Source: Octopus sinensis
Lineage: Eukaryota
DNA length: 64,000 nt
Direction of reading: 5' to 3'
Assembly (NCBI RefSeq): GCF_006345805.1
Contig: NC_042997.1
Coordinates: 157,170,001 to 157,234,000, forward strand
Within the stretch, counting starts at the first letter, position 1. Each line of letters starts with the position of its first letter. The notes beneath the pieces were generated by a model, which saw only the letters and a list, made by a program, of their open reading frames with translations, was not told where the DNA came from and did no database searches. Shown here piece after piece: positions 1-12,312 of this stretch. A program made the position numbers and the translations under genes.

Positions 1-769
1 GGAAAGATTCTAAATTCTAAATGGAGCATAGTTGTGTTTTCATTCGTATACAAACAGGCACACACATACATTTACATTCACAGTATATGCACGTGTTGTA
101 TGCTTATATAATACTCATATCCATTACACTGTATGTATAGATATTTATACATATACACACACATGTATGTATTTATTGCGTATGCGTATGTGTGTGTATA
201 TGTGTAAGAGAGCGAGAGAGAAAGAGAGAGAGAGGCTAAGAATTTAAACCTTCAGATTTTTCATGTTTTAGAGCATTAGTGTCAAACTCGATTAAATTTG
301 ATGAGGATTTTTATTTCATATCCTACCACACCTGTATTTTCTGTCCTGTTTTCTTTTATTCCTTAAACTCAGTACATTCTCACCGAATGAGACTTTGGTA
401 TATTCTATCAACCCCCGACTCATAGCAGATTTTTTCTCTCTCTGCAAAATCTAACGAAACATAGTCTTTGTTTAACCTCCAGATATGTTCGTCCCAAAAG
501 TGAACCTTCGTAAACTTTCTTGTCTGTCTACAGATGTTCTTCTAGTTTATATAGCTCTTCCATTTCAAGCCTTCAACAATTCAAAAGAAATCTCTATCAC
601 GCCCATATGACCAAACCTTCTTAACTTTCTTTATCAGAATGCTTCTCAAAGACCTATTTCCTTCGCTTCCCATTTCAGGTGCCACCGATAAAACTTCGCC
701 TTTTATCTAACCAGGGTCGACAAAATAAAGTATCTGTTGAACAATGGGATCAATGGTATTGATTACATG

Positions 770-893
770 CACATACACACACATATGAACGCGCACACGC
801 ACACACACACACATACAAGCACACAGACTTGCTTACATGCATACACGCATTCGTGCATACACACGTACATACATACATACATACATACATACA

Positions 894-929
<36 letters not shown>

Positions 930-933
930 TATA
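770..933. repeat. Compound (CA)n/(CATA)n/(TA)n microsatellite
   Basis: Directly visible tandem di- and tetranucleotide units. Confidence 0.95.
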
Positions 934-934
934 G

Positions 935-1130
935 TTAATCCAAACATGAACAAAGAGAAAAGATAACGCGAGGACGTGAAACAAGTATAGTGTTATTGGA
1001 CACTAAGAAAAAGAAAGGAAGAAGGAGGATTTGACGTTTCGAGCGAAGCTCTTCGTCAGAAACATAGAAAAAGGAGGGGTCCAAGGAAGGGAAGACGGAG
1101 AAAGAAAATCGCCAACGATACACACGCAGT
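935..1130 (-). mobile_element. Short hammerhead-bearing dispersed repeat (Penelope-like-element-derived, non-autonomous)
   Basis: Shares flank words (gagg.cgtg, ttggac.ct) and the tttgacgtttcgagc...ctcttcgtcagaaa core with 46680-46800; abuts a (TA)n tract. Confidence 0.5.
1030..1062 (-). ncRNA. Minimal type I hammerhead ribozyme motif
   Basis: Minus strand reads ttt-CTGACGA-a-GAGC ttc GCTC-GAAA-CGTC-aaa: core boxes, 4-bp stem II, palindromic ACGT stem III, GUC cleavage triplet, ttt/aaa stem I. Confidence 0.6.
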
Positions 1131-1459
1131 CACACACACACACATACACACACACACACACACATAGACACACACACACACACGTACATACGCACACATA
1201 CATACATTTAAACATAGATACATACATGGTGTTTATTGCTCTTTTCCAGCATAGACTGATTTTGCGATTCCAGTTTCCTCGAGAAAGACTTCTATGAGGA
1301 GAACTGCTAGCCTTGTGCTTAAATCGCAAACTATTATTACAAATATCATTTCCTTTTCGATATATCGAGGCTGTTAGAATGGCATAAGCGGCAGGGCGTC
1401 ATAAAAAACAAAACAAAACCAAAGAAAACAAAACAAAAAACAAACAAACAAATAACTCG

Positions 1460-1600
1460 CGATATTTGTTCTGATTTCAAATCTCATTAAAGTAAACTTT
1501 ACCGTTCTTCCTTTTCGGGGGTCAATAAATTCAAGCTGCGGTCGATTTAATCGACTGACCTTACTCCTACAAAAATATCCCGCTCTTGTGCCCATGTCAG

Positions 1601-1602
<2 letters not shown>
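1460..1602 (+). mobile_element. Degenerate SINE family B1 fragment
   Basis: Contains cttttcgggggtcaataaa, ggtcgatttaatcgact and cttgtgcc...gaaac, matching other B1 copies. Confidence 0.45.
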
Positions 1603-1666
<64 letters not shown>

Positions 1667-1720
1667 TACTACTACTACTACTACTACCACTACTACTACC
1701 ACTACTACTACAGTTACTAC
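1603..1720. repeat. Compound trinucleotide microsatellite (CAA)n(CTA)n(CCA/CTA)n
   Basis: Directly visible; produces the polyQ/L/Y pseudo-ORF 1586-1834. Confidence 0.95.
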
Positions 1721-2049
1721 CTACTCATTAACAGACCGCATGAAAACGACGGCATGAAATACTTTATCAAACTATATTATTGTTTTTGCCATCATTCCTG
1801 TCTGTTTGGCAGTAACTTTATATCTATCTCATGATCATCGTCTCATTTTATAGCAAATAAAGATGATAAGGAAACAATGTCTAGTGCTGTTTGACACTTA
1901 CCGATGTTTCTATTCGTTAGCGAGGAATTAAGCAATAACAATTGTAGCACTCCACTCTAAAACACTACATGCCCTTTAGCGAGTCTGCATGCGTGTACGT
2001 TCTACGTATATACTGTCTTTATAAGTATATGTTACACACGCGTGCGTGA

Positions 2050-2060
2050 GTGTGTATATG

Positions 2061-2100
<40 letters not shown>

Positions 2101-2430
2101 ACGCGGGCATACACACACACACACACACTCGCACACATACACCCACACATTACATGCCTGCATAGATACATATATCTAAACACTACCTTTTGCGTGTCTG
2201 CATATGTGTGCGTTGTATACTGATATGTGTATGTCACATATGTGCATATATGCTCATATATACACACACACACATACACGCACACATACACACACACATG
2301 TACATACACACACAGATACTTACTCACAGCTACATATATATAACCATACACACACTCACGTACACACACGCGCACATATATTAATATATTCTTATATATA
2401 CTTACATGCATACTCACACACACGCCCACG
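2050..2430. repeat. Degenerate (CA)n/(TA)n low-complexity tract
   Basis: Directly visible. Confidence 0.9.
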
Positions 2431-2692
2431 CAAGCACATACTTGATTAGCTGACTAGGTTACAGAGTAAATTCTGTTTCGAATCGGAATGGATCTTTTCA
2501 CAGTTTCGCGCCAAGATACAGTTACAATAGAAACAGAATTGATTCTGACTACACTCCTCGCCAAACAAAAGAATTATAACAAACTATTTTTTTAAGTAAT
2601 AAGTAGTTTATTGTGTTTCTATAAGCCTTAGTCTTGCGAACAAACGGAAAGCATTATTATCCACATACACATACGTGTGCCAGTACGCGCAC

Positions 2693-2730
<38 letters not shown>

Positions 2731-2997
2731 CACACACAATGTGTCCATCTGTTCTAATTTAATTAAATTCTCTCTTTGTGCAACTGAAGATTGCTCTACA
2801 TTTTAAATTGATGTAATGATTACATTGTTCGATCAAATGGAGTTGCATGAAACGATCGTGCTGCATTACCTCTGGATATCCTTGTTGCTTATTTTCATTT
2901 TAATCACCTTACTTTGAAATTGTATGGATAATACTGTACTAAATACTGGTGCCTCAACTTAAGTACCATATTCATCTGAATCTAAATTTTTGCTGAA

Positions 2998-3031
<34 letters not shown>

Positions 3032-3063
3032 TTATAATCTGTGGACTATATATATATATATTG

Positions 3064-3451
3064 TTTTATTTCTTTCAATCATTTGACTGCGGCCATACTG
3101 GAGCACTGCCTTTTAGTCGAGGAAATCGACCCCAGGACTTATTCTTTGTAAGCCTAGTGCTTATTCTATCGGTCTCTCTTGCCGAACCGCTAGGTTGCGG
3201 GGACCTAAACACACCAGAATCAGTTGTCAAGCGATGGTAGGGGGACACATGCCGCGCGCGCGCACACACACACACACATATATATATACGACGGGTTTCT
3301 TTCAGTTTCCGTTTCCCAAGTGCACTCACAAGGCTTTGGTCGGTCTGAGGTTATAGTAGAAGACACTTGCGCAAGGTGCCACGCAGTGGGACTGAACGCG
3401 GAGCCCTGTTGTTGGTAAGCAAGCTACTTACCACACAGCCATTCCTATGCC
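3064..3451 (-). mobile_element. SINE family A, full length (tRNA-like head, CORE-like segment, internal microsatellite, CR1-like tail)
   Basis: Minus strand: A-box-like tggctgtgtggtaag, B-box-like gttcagtccc, gcaccttgcgcaagtgtctt, tail gctccagtatggccgcagtcaaatgattgaaa; more than 12 homologous copies in the window. Confidence 0.85.
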
Positions 3452-3469
3452 TATATATAGGACACATAG

Positions 3470-3690
3470 GGACCAGTTATTTGGTTCCATGGCGTTGTAA
3501 ATGACCGAGATCACAACATTGTCCCTGAGCAGGACGCTAGGCCTTCGCAGGGTTACTCATTTTTACAGCTGCTTGGATGGCGCAACGTGAAATGAAGTGT
3601 TTTTGCACAAGAACACATTGCACCGCCTGATCCGGGAATCAAAACTACGATCCTTCGATCATCGTGAGTGTACCCCCCTCCCAATCCTCT
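3470..3690 (-). mobile_element. SINE family D (V-domain-like)
   Basis: Minus strand has gtagttttgattcccgg (B-box-like) and ccctgcgaaggcctagcgtcctgctcaggg, resembling the V-SINE central motif ccctgcgatggactggcgtcc; relatives near 17820-17900, 57920-58030 and 61200-61420. Confidence 0.55.
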
Positions 3691-3704
3691 GGGTCACAGA
3701 CACA

Positions 3705-3737
3705 CAGACACAGACACCCACGCACACACACACACAG

Positions 3738-3788
<51 letters not shown>

Positions 3789-3925
3789 CACACTCACACA
3801 TGTGCGCGCACGAGAGGGAAAGAGAGAGAGAGAGATGTGAGAAACAGATAGCAAGGCGTACAGACACGAAAGCGAGAGAGAAAAAGAAAGAGGGAGAGAG
3901 AGAAAGAAAGAAAGAAAGATAGAAA
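3705..3925. repeat. (CA)n/(GA)n/(GAAA)n compound microsatellite
   Basis: Directly visible. Confidence 0.9.
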
Positions 3926-4051
3926 TAAAGAGAGAGCGAGATTACTATTATGGATTAGAGAGTGAAATATTAATGCTAAGGATGGAAAAGAGATATAAGA
4001 AGAGATTGAAATGGCGGGAGAAATTTTCTCGAAGGATTTTATAGATAGCAA

Positions 4052-4062
4052 GCTAGACAGAC

Positions 4063-4140
<78 letters not shown>
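4052..4140. repeat. (GATA)n microsatellite
   Basis: Directly visible. Confidence 0.97.
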
Positions 4141-4141
<1 letters not shown>

Positions 4142-4641
4142 AAGGGAAAGTGAGAGAGATTATTGTTATAGAGCAGATTATGAAGGAAAAGTATACCATA
4201 TGGCAGTGACAGTCATTCAAAGAGTATAAAGTTAGTTCTAACATTTCGACCATTAACTATAATCTACGCATTGAAGCTATATAACACCTTTCTCCACCCA
4301 TAACGATGTTTTATGAATGTATAAGCATAGATAAAAGCGTTCTTCATTTGAGCACTGATAGCGCATTTTAGTAGAGCAGTATTTTCTTGGAGTTGTTCAC
4401 GGTGACAGATAAATGTAAATGGATCATCGTTGATTTCGAGGATGAGTAATTAGTTATTCGATCAACTGAATTACCTGCTAATTGAAATGTTAACAGCGAA
4501 ATGTTAATGTAAATACTTAAGCAAATTTTATTGTGACAAGGCTTCAACTTTGAATAAAGTGCAATCCATCTGATATATTTCCGAGTAACTTCTGTCAATT
4601 CAGTTTCATTTTCAAAGCTTGTGTCAACTCGTGGCTATTAT

Positions 4642-4838
4642 GGCTTCAAAGTTTCGCTCAAGGTCAGCAATTTCTGGGGAGCGGAAAGTCGATTACATCG
4701 GCCCCACACGTTTTATCGACCCCGAAAGGACGAAAAGTAAAGTCGATCTCGGCGGAATTTGAACTCAGAATATCAAGCGGCAAAACGCCGCTAAGCATTT
4801 TGTCTGGTGTGCTAACGATCCCACCAGCTCGCTGCCTT
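4642..4838 (-). mobile_element. SINE family B1
   Basis: Minus strand: head ggcagcgagctggtgggatcgttagc, B box gagttcaaattcc, central ctttcggggtcgataaa. Confidence 0.8.
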
Positions 4839-4953
4839 ACTAGAGGCTATAGTAAAAGACCCTTATCCAAGATGCAACGCAGTAGGAACAGCCTGGAACT
4901 GTATGATTTCAAAGAGGACTTCTTAAGCATTCAACAATGCTGCAGCTACACGG

Positions 4954-5063
<110 letters not shown>

Positions 5064-5677
5064 CTAAACACACCTATGTTGTTGTGTGACCTCAAGGTAA
5101 TTTCGGATCAAACATACTGATAGTACACCAGGTACAATACACAGATCTGTTAACCATCTTTTAACACAACCTTTTAACAAATAACAAATCTGGATAAAAT
5201 AATCCTCCCCGCACCATAATACTTCTTGATTCTTAAAGAACGGTTTTCTTGAAATTTTAATGGACAAAAATAAGCTCCATATATATAAGCGGCGCGTTGC
5301 GTTATTCCATTTCCCTTTTGCGTTACCCACACCCGTCCGTTTGACGGCTGTAAGGCCTTTTTCTGTTTCGTATGTATAATTATTCTTTTTATGCTGCATT
5401 TGAATAATTTTTTTGTCGTATACGTACAATTGTTATATTATTTTAGTTTGTCGTTTGTTTTTGGCCGTATACGTTCGTAAGCTATTCTCAGTAGCTTTCT
5501 GCTCTGCGCGGCCAGGACGGAGTGGTACCAATGTTAAAAGCACGAAACCACTATGATCTCTTGAACATTGACTGATGAGGAATCAGCTGCGAATTTTGTC
5601 TAATGGTTTTGTCTAATTTTCCGTTTCTCATGCTTTTGTTAAATTTTTCCGGTTGTTGTGTTCTTTTTATTCAATCC

Positions 5678-5723
<46 letters not shown>

Positions 5724-5879
5724 GAGAGAGAGAGATGAAGGGAGAGAGGAAGAGAGAGAGAGAGACATTTCTTTGTCCGGTAGATTTATATGTCAAACTG
5801 TTATTAACTGCTATATATATATGTACATACACACACATATATACCTGGAAACGGATGCGTGGCGTTCAAACAAATAATA

Positions 5880-5911
5880 GTATAAATAATATATATATAT
5901 ACATAATATGC

Positions 5912-5943
<32 letters not shown>

Positions 5944-5949
5944 TATATA

Positions 5950-6013
<64 letters not shown>

Positions 6014-6071
6014 GTATATGTATATGATATATATATATATGTATATATAATATATATATATAATATATATG

Positions 6072-6128
<57 letters not shown>
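5880..6128. repeat. Interrupted (TA)n tract
   Basis: Directly visible. Confidence 0.95.
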
Positions 6129-6490
6129 GAAGTCTGTGCATCATCTCCTCATATCTCTGGAAATTTAAATCTTCACTATGGATTGATTCATCTTCTCTTC
6201 GAAACTAATAAGTTTTTAAAAAATCTGTGATAGAACTGTGCATCATCATTAAGGAACTTGGAAAACTGTTTACAACCTATATCTGCCTCTAATGGAACTA
6301 TCTCCATATTTTATGAGTATAACCTCACCCACTAAGATGTCTAGAGAACTCAAATGGATTTTAGCTGATGAGTACGGGACACTTTTATCTGCTGCAATTT
6401 TTGCAACTTGTAATAAAGCCTGTCTTTGTATGAAACAATTGTACTAAAAACCAATCCCTCTTGTTGCTTCTTTCTGTATATATATATGTA

Positions 6491-6527
<37 letters not shown>

Positions 6528-6538
6528 GTATGTATGTA

Positions 6539-6602
<64 letters not shown>

Positions 6603-7460
6603 GTAGCTGAACGAGTGCCTCTAATTGACCAGCGGCTGGGGAAGTGAATAATCACCGAAGCATTTTGATATCGTACATGGTAATTTGTGGAAAATACTCC
6701 ATATTTTCTTAGCGTTATATTACAAGTGACATTCACGCTGTGTTTTCAGTTCACGTAGACATGAAGTCGTGATATATATGCCTTAGTTTCTGTAAGTGTA
6801 TACGTACACTTAGGTGTCTATCTCGCAAAACTAAAAGGAAAAACATACTACAAAATAAATACGAATTACAAATTCATAAGTATAATTAAAAATAAGCGAA
6901 TACAGATAAATGAATTAAACCAACAAAAATGTATATGTAAAGAAGACAGATATTTTACATATAACTTTGAAAAATGGATAAGTTTGGCATATAACTAATT
7001 ATGTTAGCATGTATGTAATTAATGTCAACATATTTATGCATTTCCAACTGGTAGTATGTAGATAAAATTAAATAAACAACGAAGTGTGCATGTATATTAA
7101 TTAGATATATGTGTGGTCAGATACAATGTTATAAGTAGAAATATTGTTACAACCTTTATCATATCAGTCTTTTTAGTTTCGTTGTTTTCATGAACAGTAC
7201 TATATATGACTAAACCATCTTATGTTTTTTTCTTTCAAGATGGTAACAGAATTTGGCTATTGTTTCTTGCAAGTCGAGCGACTAAGCACAGACTCCAAAT
7301 TAATGTGCAATAACCATTGACATGAATAGTTCGCATTATACCCTAAACGCGGACATAAATTGATCTTGCATTACGGATCAGTGGATAACCAATTGATGTT
7401 TGAAACATTTTACATGGGTACGGTCATCACCAAGAGAAAGTTAATATTTTACGCCACTAA

Positions 7461-7671
7461 AGCAGCGAACTAGTAGAATCGTTAGCAAGCCGGGCAAAAT
7501 GTTGAGAGGCATTTCATCCATCTTTATGTTCTGACTTCATATTCTGCCGAGACCGACTTTGCTTTTCAATTTTTCGGAGTCAATAAAATAAGTTCCAGTT
7601 GAGTACTGGGGTCGATGTAATCGACTTATCCCTACCCCAAAATTGCTGGTCTTGTGTCAAAATTTGAAACC
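7461..7671 (+). mobile_element. SINE family B1, full length
   Basis: Head gcagcgaactagtagaatcgttagc, central ttttcggagtcaataaaataag, tail aaattgctggtcttgtgtcaaaatttgaaacc. Confidence 0.8.
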
Positions 7672-8061
7672 AATATCTTTTACTGTGTAAGGGACTAAAA
7701 ATTATAGTTTTTATATTTATAGTGAAAATCAGTATGAAAATTAATCTTCAGAAAAAGAGATATTTTGCTTTTTGCCCGTTTGGTTCACACGTTCATGCAA
7801 TACTTTACCGTCGTTTAAGAGTAAAATAACAAAAGTTTGAAGTTACGTATAAAAATGAATGCATTTTATTAAATGCAATGAGAAAGAATGAGAAAATTTA
7901 GTTAGATGAGCTTTAAAGTAAAGCGAATTAATAATTTGTAATGAAACAAAGAACAAAGAAAATTCTATTTAGAAGTATAGAATAATTCAACATTGCTGTT
8001 TATTGAAGATGTTCCAAAGAAGATTAGTGTCAAAAAAGCATACTTATATTATGTGTATTTC

Positions 8062-8062
<1 letters not shown>

Positions 8063-8154
<92 letters not shown>
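8063..8154. repeat. (TCTA)n microsatellite
   Basis: Directly visible. Confidence 0.97.
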
Positions 8155-8485
8155 CATGTGTGTGTATATATATATATATAACTGAGAATGTGTGTGTGTG
8201 TGTCTTTATGTGTGCATAAATTCATTCAGATTTTACACATGCTTTATTTTGGGTTCGTGCAGTGTCATGGGCCAAAAAAACTTTCAACTTCTTGCCAAAT
8301 GCGAGCAATCTCTTATCTCCAACACTGTTTCCGTATTCCGAGTCAAATGTGAAACAATAATATATCTATTAATACTTTGTCTGTTAAATGGTTTCAGTTT
8401 CAATTACTCTCATTATCTATAATGTATCTATATATGTATCAGTTTCATTTCTATTACTTTCAGTATGTATTTATATACATGCTTG

Positions 8486-8517
<32 letters not shown>

Positions 8518-8834
8518 TGTATGTATGTATGTATGTGTAGTATGTATGTATGTATGTATGTATGTATGTATGTATGTATTTATGCATGTATGTGCATATA
8601 AAAAAATATATTTATATGTATACATATGTATATATTTATATCTTTGTATATATATATATATATGCATGTATATATATTTATATATATATATGTATATATA
8701 TGTATATATATATATATATATATGAAAAATTATATATCTATGTATATATATGTATGTATGTATACGTATATATACATTTGTACGTATATACATGAATATA
8801 CATACATACATACATACATACATACATACATACA

Positions 8835-8866
<32 letters not shown>
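8486..8866. repeat. (TATG)n ... (TA)-rich spacer ... (CATA)n compound microsatellite
   Basis: Directly visible; outer arms are reverse complements. Confidence 0.92.
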
Positions 8867-9489
8867 AGAAGCGAGGACCGAAATCCTTACACTTAATTTA
8901 CTGTATATATATATGTATGTGTATATATATATAAAATTCGGGATTTATGGAGGGTCAAAGTTGGCAGCAAAAACAGGACAGTGGGGACATAAAAGGAAAC
9001 CAAACGAAAACAAACATGGAGGGTCGTTAGACCAGAACGTCTGAAAAAATAGCGAACACTGGAGAAATATTTTGTTTGACAAGAGAAAAGTTAGAAAAGA
9101 GATATATAAGATGCTTATGGGAGCAACTATTTTCGAAGACTCATATTGTCGTTGAATGCTTGAAATGAGGGTTAGATAGACAGACGACAGCTGATGAAGG
9201 GTCGTTCTGTATGTTACCTGTCCTGTTTTTCATTTGTTTCTGTCGGTGTTTGCATATTGAACTCATTTGTCTTCGTATTTCATGTTTTTTAACTTTTGGT
9301 GACGTTCTGTACCCTTATATCATCATCATCATCATCATCATCATTTAGCGTCCGTTTTCCATGCTAGCATGGGTTGGACGGTTCAACTGGGGTCTGGGGA
9401 GCCCGAAGGCTGCACCAGGCCAGTCAGATCTGGCAGTGTTTCTACAGCTGGATGCCCTTCCTAACGCCAACCACTCCGAGAGTGTAGTG

Positions 9490-10945
9490 GGTGATTTTAT
9501 GTGCCACCGACACAGGTGCCAGACGAGGCTGGCGAACGGCCACGCTCGGATGGTGTTTTTATGTGCCACCGACACAGGTGCCAGACGAGGCTGGCAGACG
9601 GCCACGCTCGGATGGTGTTTTTATGTGCCACCGACACAGGTGCCAGATGAGGCTGGCGGACGGCCACGATCGGATGGTGTTTGTTACGTCCCCAAAGCAC
9701 AGAGGCCAGTCTATGCGGTACTGGCTACGGCCACGTTCGGATGATTTTCTTGTGTGCCACCGGCACTGGTACCACAAAGATACAAATTCCATTTATGTTC
9801 ATCTATTTTGATTTGTTTTGATTTGATTTGATTTGATTTGATTTGATTTTCACTTGCCTCAACAGGTCTTCACAAGTGTCACAAGAAGGAAGGTATGCAT
9901 AGGTGGACTGTCTACGTCGCCGGTCTTCGGATGGTGTCTTTATGTGCCACCGACACAGGTGCCAGATGTGGCTGGCGAACGGCCACGATCGGATGGTTTT
10001 CTTGTGTGCCACCGGTACTGGAACCACAAAGATACAAATTCCATTGATGTTCATCTATTTTGATTTGGTTTGATTTTCACTTGCCTCAACAGGTCTTCAC
10101 AAGTGTCACGCGTGTCACACACTTGCCTCAACAGGTCTCCACAAGTGTCACACACTTGCCTCTGCCTCAACAGGTCTTCACAAAGTGTCACACACTTGCC
10201 TCTGCCTCAACAGGTCTTCACAAGTGTCATAAGAGGGAAGGTAAGCACAGGTGGACTGACTACGTCGCCGGGTCTTTGGATGGTGGTGGTGTTTTTATGT
10301 GCCACCGACACAGGTGCCAGGTGAGGCTGGCGAACGGCCACGATCAGATGGTTTTGTTGTGCCCACAGCACGGAGGCCAGTCGACGGCCACGTTCGGATG
10401 GTTTTCTTGTGTGCCACCGGTACTGGAACCACAAAGATACAAATTCCATTGATATTCATCTATTTTGATTTGGTTTGATTTTCACTTGCCTCAACAGGTC
10501 TTCACAAGGGTCACACACTTGCCTCAACAGGTCTCCACAAGTGTCACACACTTGCCTCTGCCTCAACAGGTCTTCACAAGTGTCACACACTTGCCTCAAC
10601 AGGTCTTCACAAGTGTCATAAGAGGAAGGTATGCACAGGTGGACTGACTACGTCGCCGCTTCGGATGGTGTCTTTATGTGCCACCGGCACAGGTGCCAGA
10701 TGAGGCTGGCGAACGGCCACGATCGGATGGTGTGTGTTGTGCCCACAGCACGGAGGCCAGTCGATGCGGTACTGGTTACGGCCACGTTTGGGTGGTTTCT
10801 TGTGTGCCACCGGCACTGGTACCACGAAGAATACAATTCCACTGATGTTCATCTATTTTGATTTGTTTTGATTTGATTTGATTTTCACTTGCCTCAACAG
10901 GTCTTCATAAGTGTCACAAGAAGGAAGGTATGCACAGGACTGACT
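9490..10945. repeat. Nested tandem repeats in the RTE 3' UTR (~62-bp, ~30-bp and (GATTT)n units inside 4 larger blocks)
   Basis: Recurrent ttatgtgccaccgacacaggtgccagatgaggctggcgaacggccacg, cacttgcctcaacaggtcttcacaagtgtca, and accacaaagatacaaattccatt blocks. Confidence 0.9.
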
Positions 10946-10979
10946 ACGTCCCCGGTCGGGGCCACGGGTTATGGCCTGA

Positions 10980-12311
10980 CTAGTCTTGCCGGGTCTTCTC
11001 ATGCACAGCATACTTCCATAGGTCTCGGTCTCTAGACATTTCCTTAGTGAGACCTAAAGTTCGAAGGTCGTGCTTCACCACCTCGTCCCAGGTTTTCCTG
11101 GGTCTACCTCTTCCACAGGTTCCCTCCACTGCTAGGGTGTAGCACTTTTGCACACAACTATCTTCAGCCTTTCTTGTCACATGACCATACCAGCGCAGCC
11201 GTCTCTCTTGCACGCCACAACTGACGCTTCTTAGGTTCAACTTTTCTCTCAAGGAACTTACACTCTGACGATTATGAACACTGACATTACACATCCATCG
11301 GAGCATACTGGCTTCATTTCTTGCGAGCTTACGCATATCCTCAGCAGTCACGGCCCATGTTTCACTACCATGTAGCATGGCTGTACGTACACATGCATCA
11401 TACAGTCTGCCTTTTACTCTGAGCGAGAGGCCTTTTGTCACCAGCAGGGGTAAGAGCTCTCTAAACTTTGCCCAGGCTATTCTTACTCTAGCAGTTACAC
11501 TTTCAGCACACCCACCCCCGCTACTGACTTGGTCTCCTAGGTAGCGGAAGCTATCAACTACTTCTAGTTTGTCTCCCTGGAACGTGGCAGAAGTTGGTCT
11601 CTGCATATTTCCAGTGTTTATTGCTCCTGAGCATTTGCCACAGACAAAAACTATTTTCCTAGTTAGCCTTCCTTTGACATTGCTGCACCTCTTATGTGTC
11701 CATAGCTTACACTTGGTGCATCTTATAGAGTTTCTACCTACACCTTTTTTACAGATCGAGCAGGGCCATCTACCTGAAGGCGTTTGTGATTGATCTACCT
11801 TCCTACTTATTAGAACTTTGGTTTTGGCTAGGTTGATTCTAAGGCCCTTCGATTCTAATCCTTGTTTCCACACCTGAAACTTCTCCTCCAGTTCTGATAG
11901 TGACTCAGCAATTAGAGCAAGGTCATCAGCATAGAGGAGCTCCCAGGGGCAACCTGTCTTGAATTCCTCCGTTATTGCCTGGAGGACTATGATAAATAGG
12001 AGGGGACTGAGGACTGAACCTTGGTGGACCCCAACCTCTACCCGGAATTCTTCACTGTACTCGTTGCCAACCCTCACCTTACTAGCAGCGTCTCTGTACA
12101 TGGCTTGAACAGCTCTCACCAACCATTCTTCTATCCCTAGTTTCCTCATTGACCACCAGATAAGGGACCGGGGGACCCTGTCAAAGGCTTTCTCCAAGTC
12201 AACAAAAGCCAGGTACAAGGGCTTATCTTTGGCTAGGTATTTCTCCTGCAGCTGTCTTACCAGGAATATAGCATCAGTAGTACTTTTCCCTGGCACGAAC
12301 CCAAACTGCAT
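10980..12311 (-). pseudogene. RTE reverse transcriptase and C-terminal region, with inserted PHD-type finger
   Basis: QFGFVPG, AFVDLEKAFDRVP, GVHQGSVLSPLLF, LLYADDL, FRYLG, RLRWYGHV; a 443-aa open segment joined to upstream pieces by frameshifts. Confidence 0.9.
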
Positions 12312-12312
12312 A

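Noticed and set aside
6130-6470. Possible Penelope relic with ctgatgag at ~6364
   Set aside because: There is no downstream GAAA or stem II and no recognisable GIY-YIG or RT translation.
9490-10945. CRISPR-like appearance of recurring repeats
   Set aside because: There are no unique spacers (the intervening DNA is itself repeated), no cas genes, the context is eukaryotic, and the repeats lie in a LINE 3' UTR.
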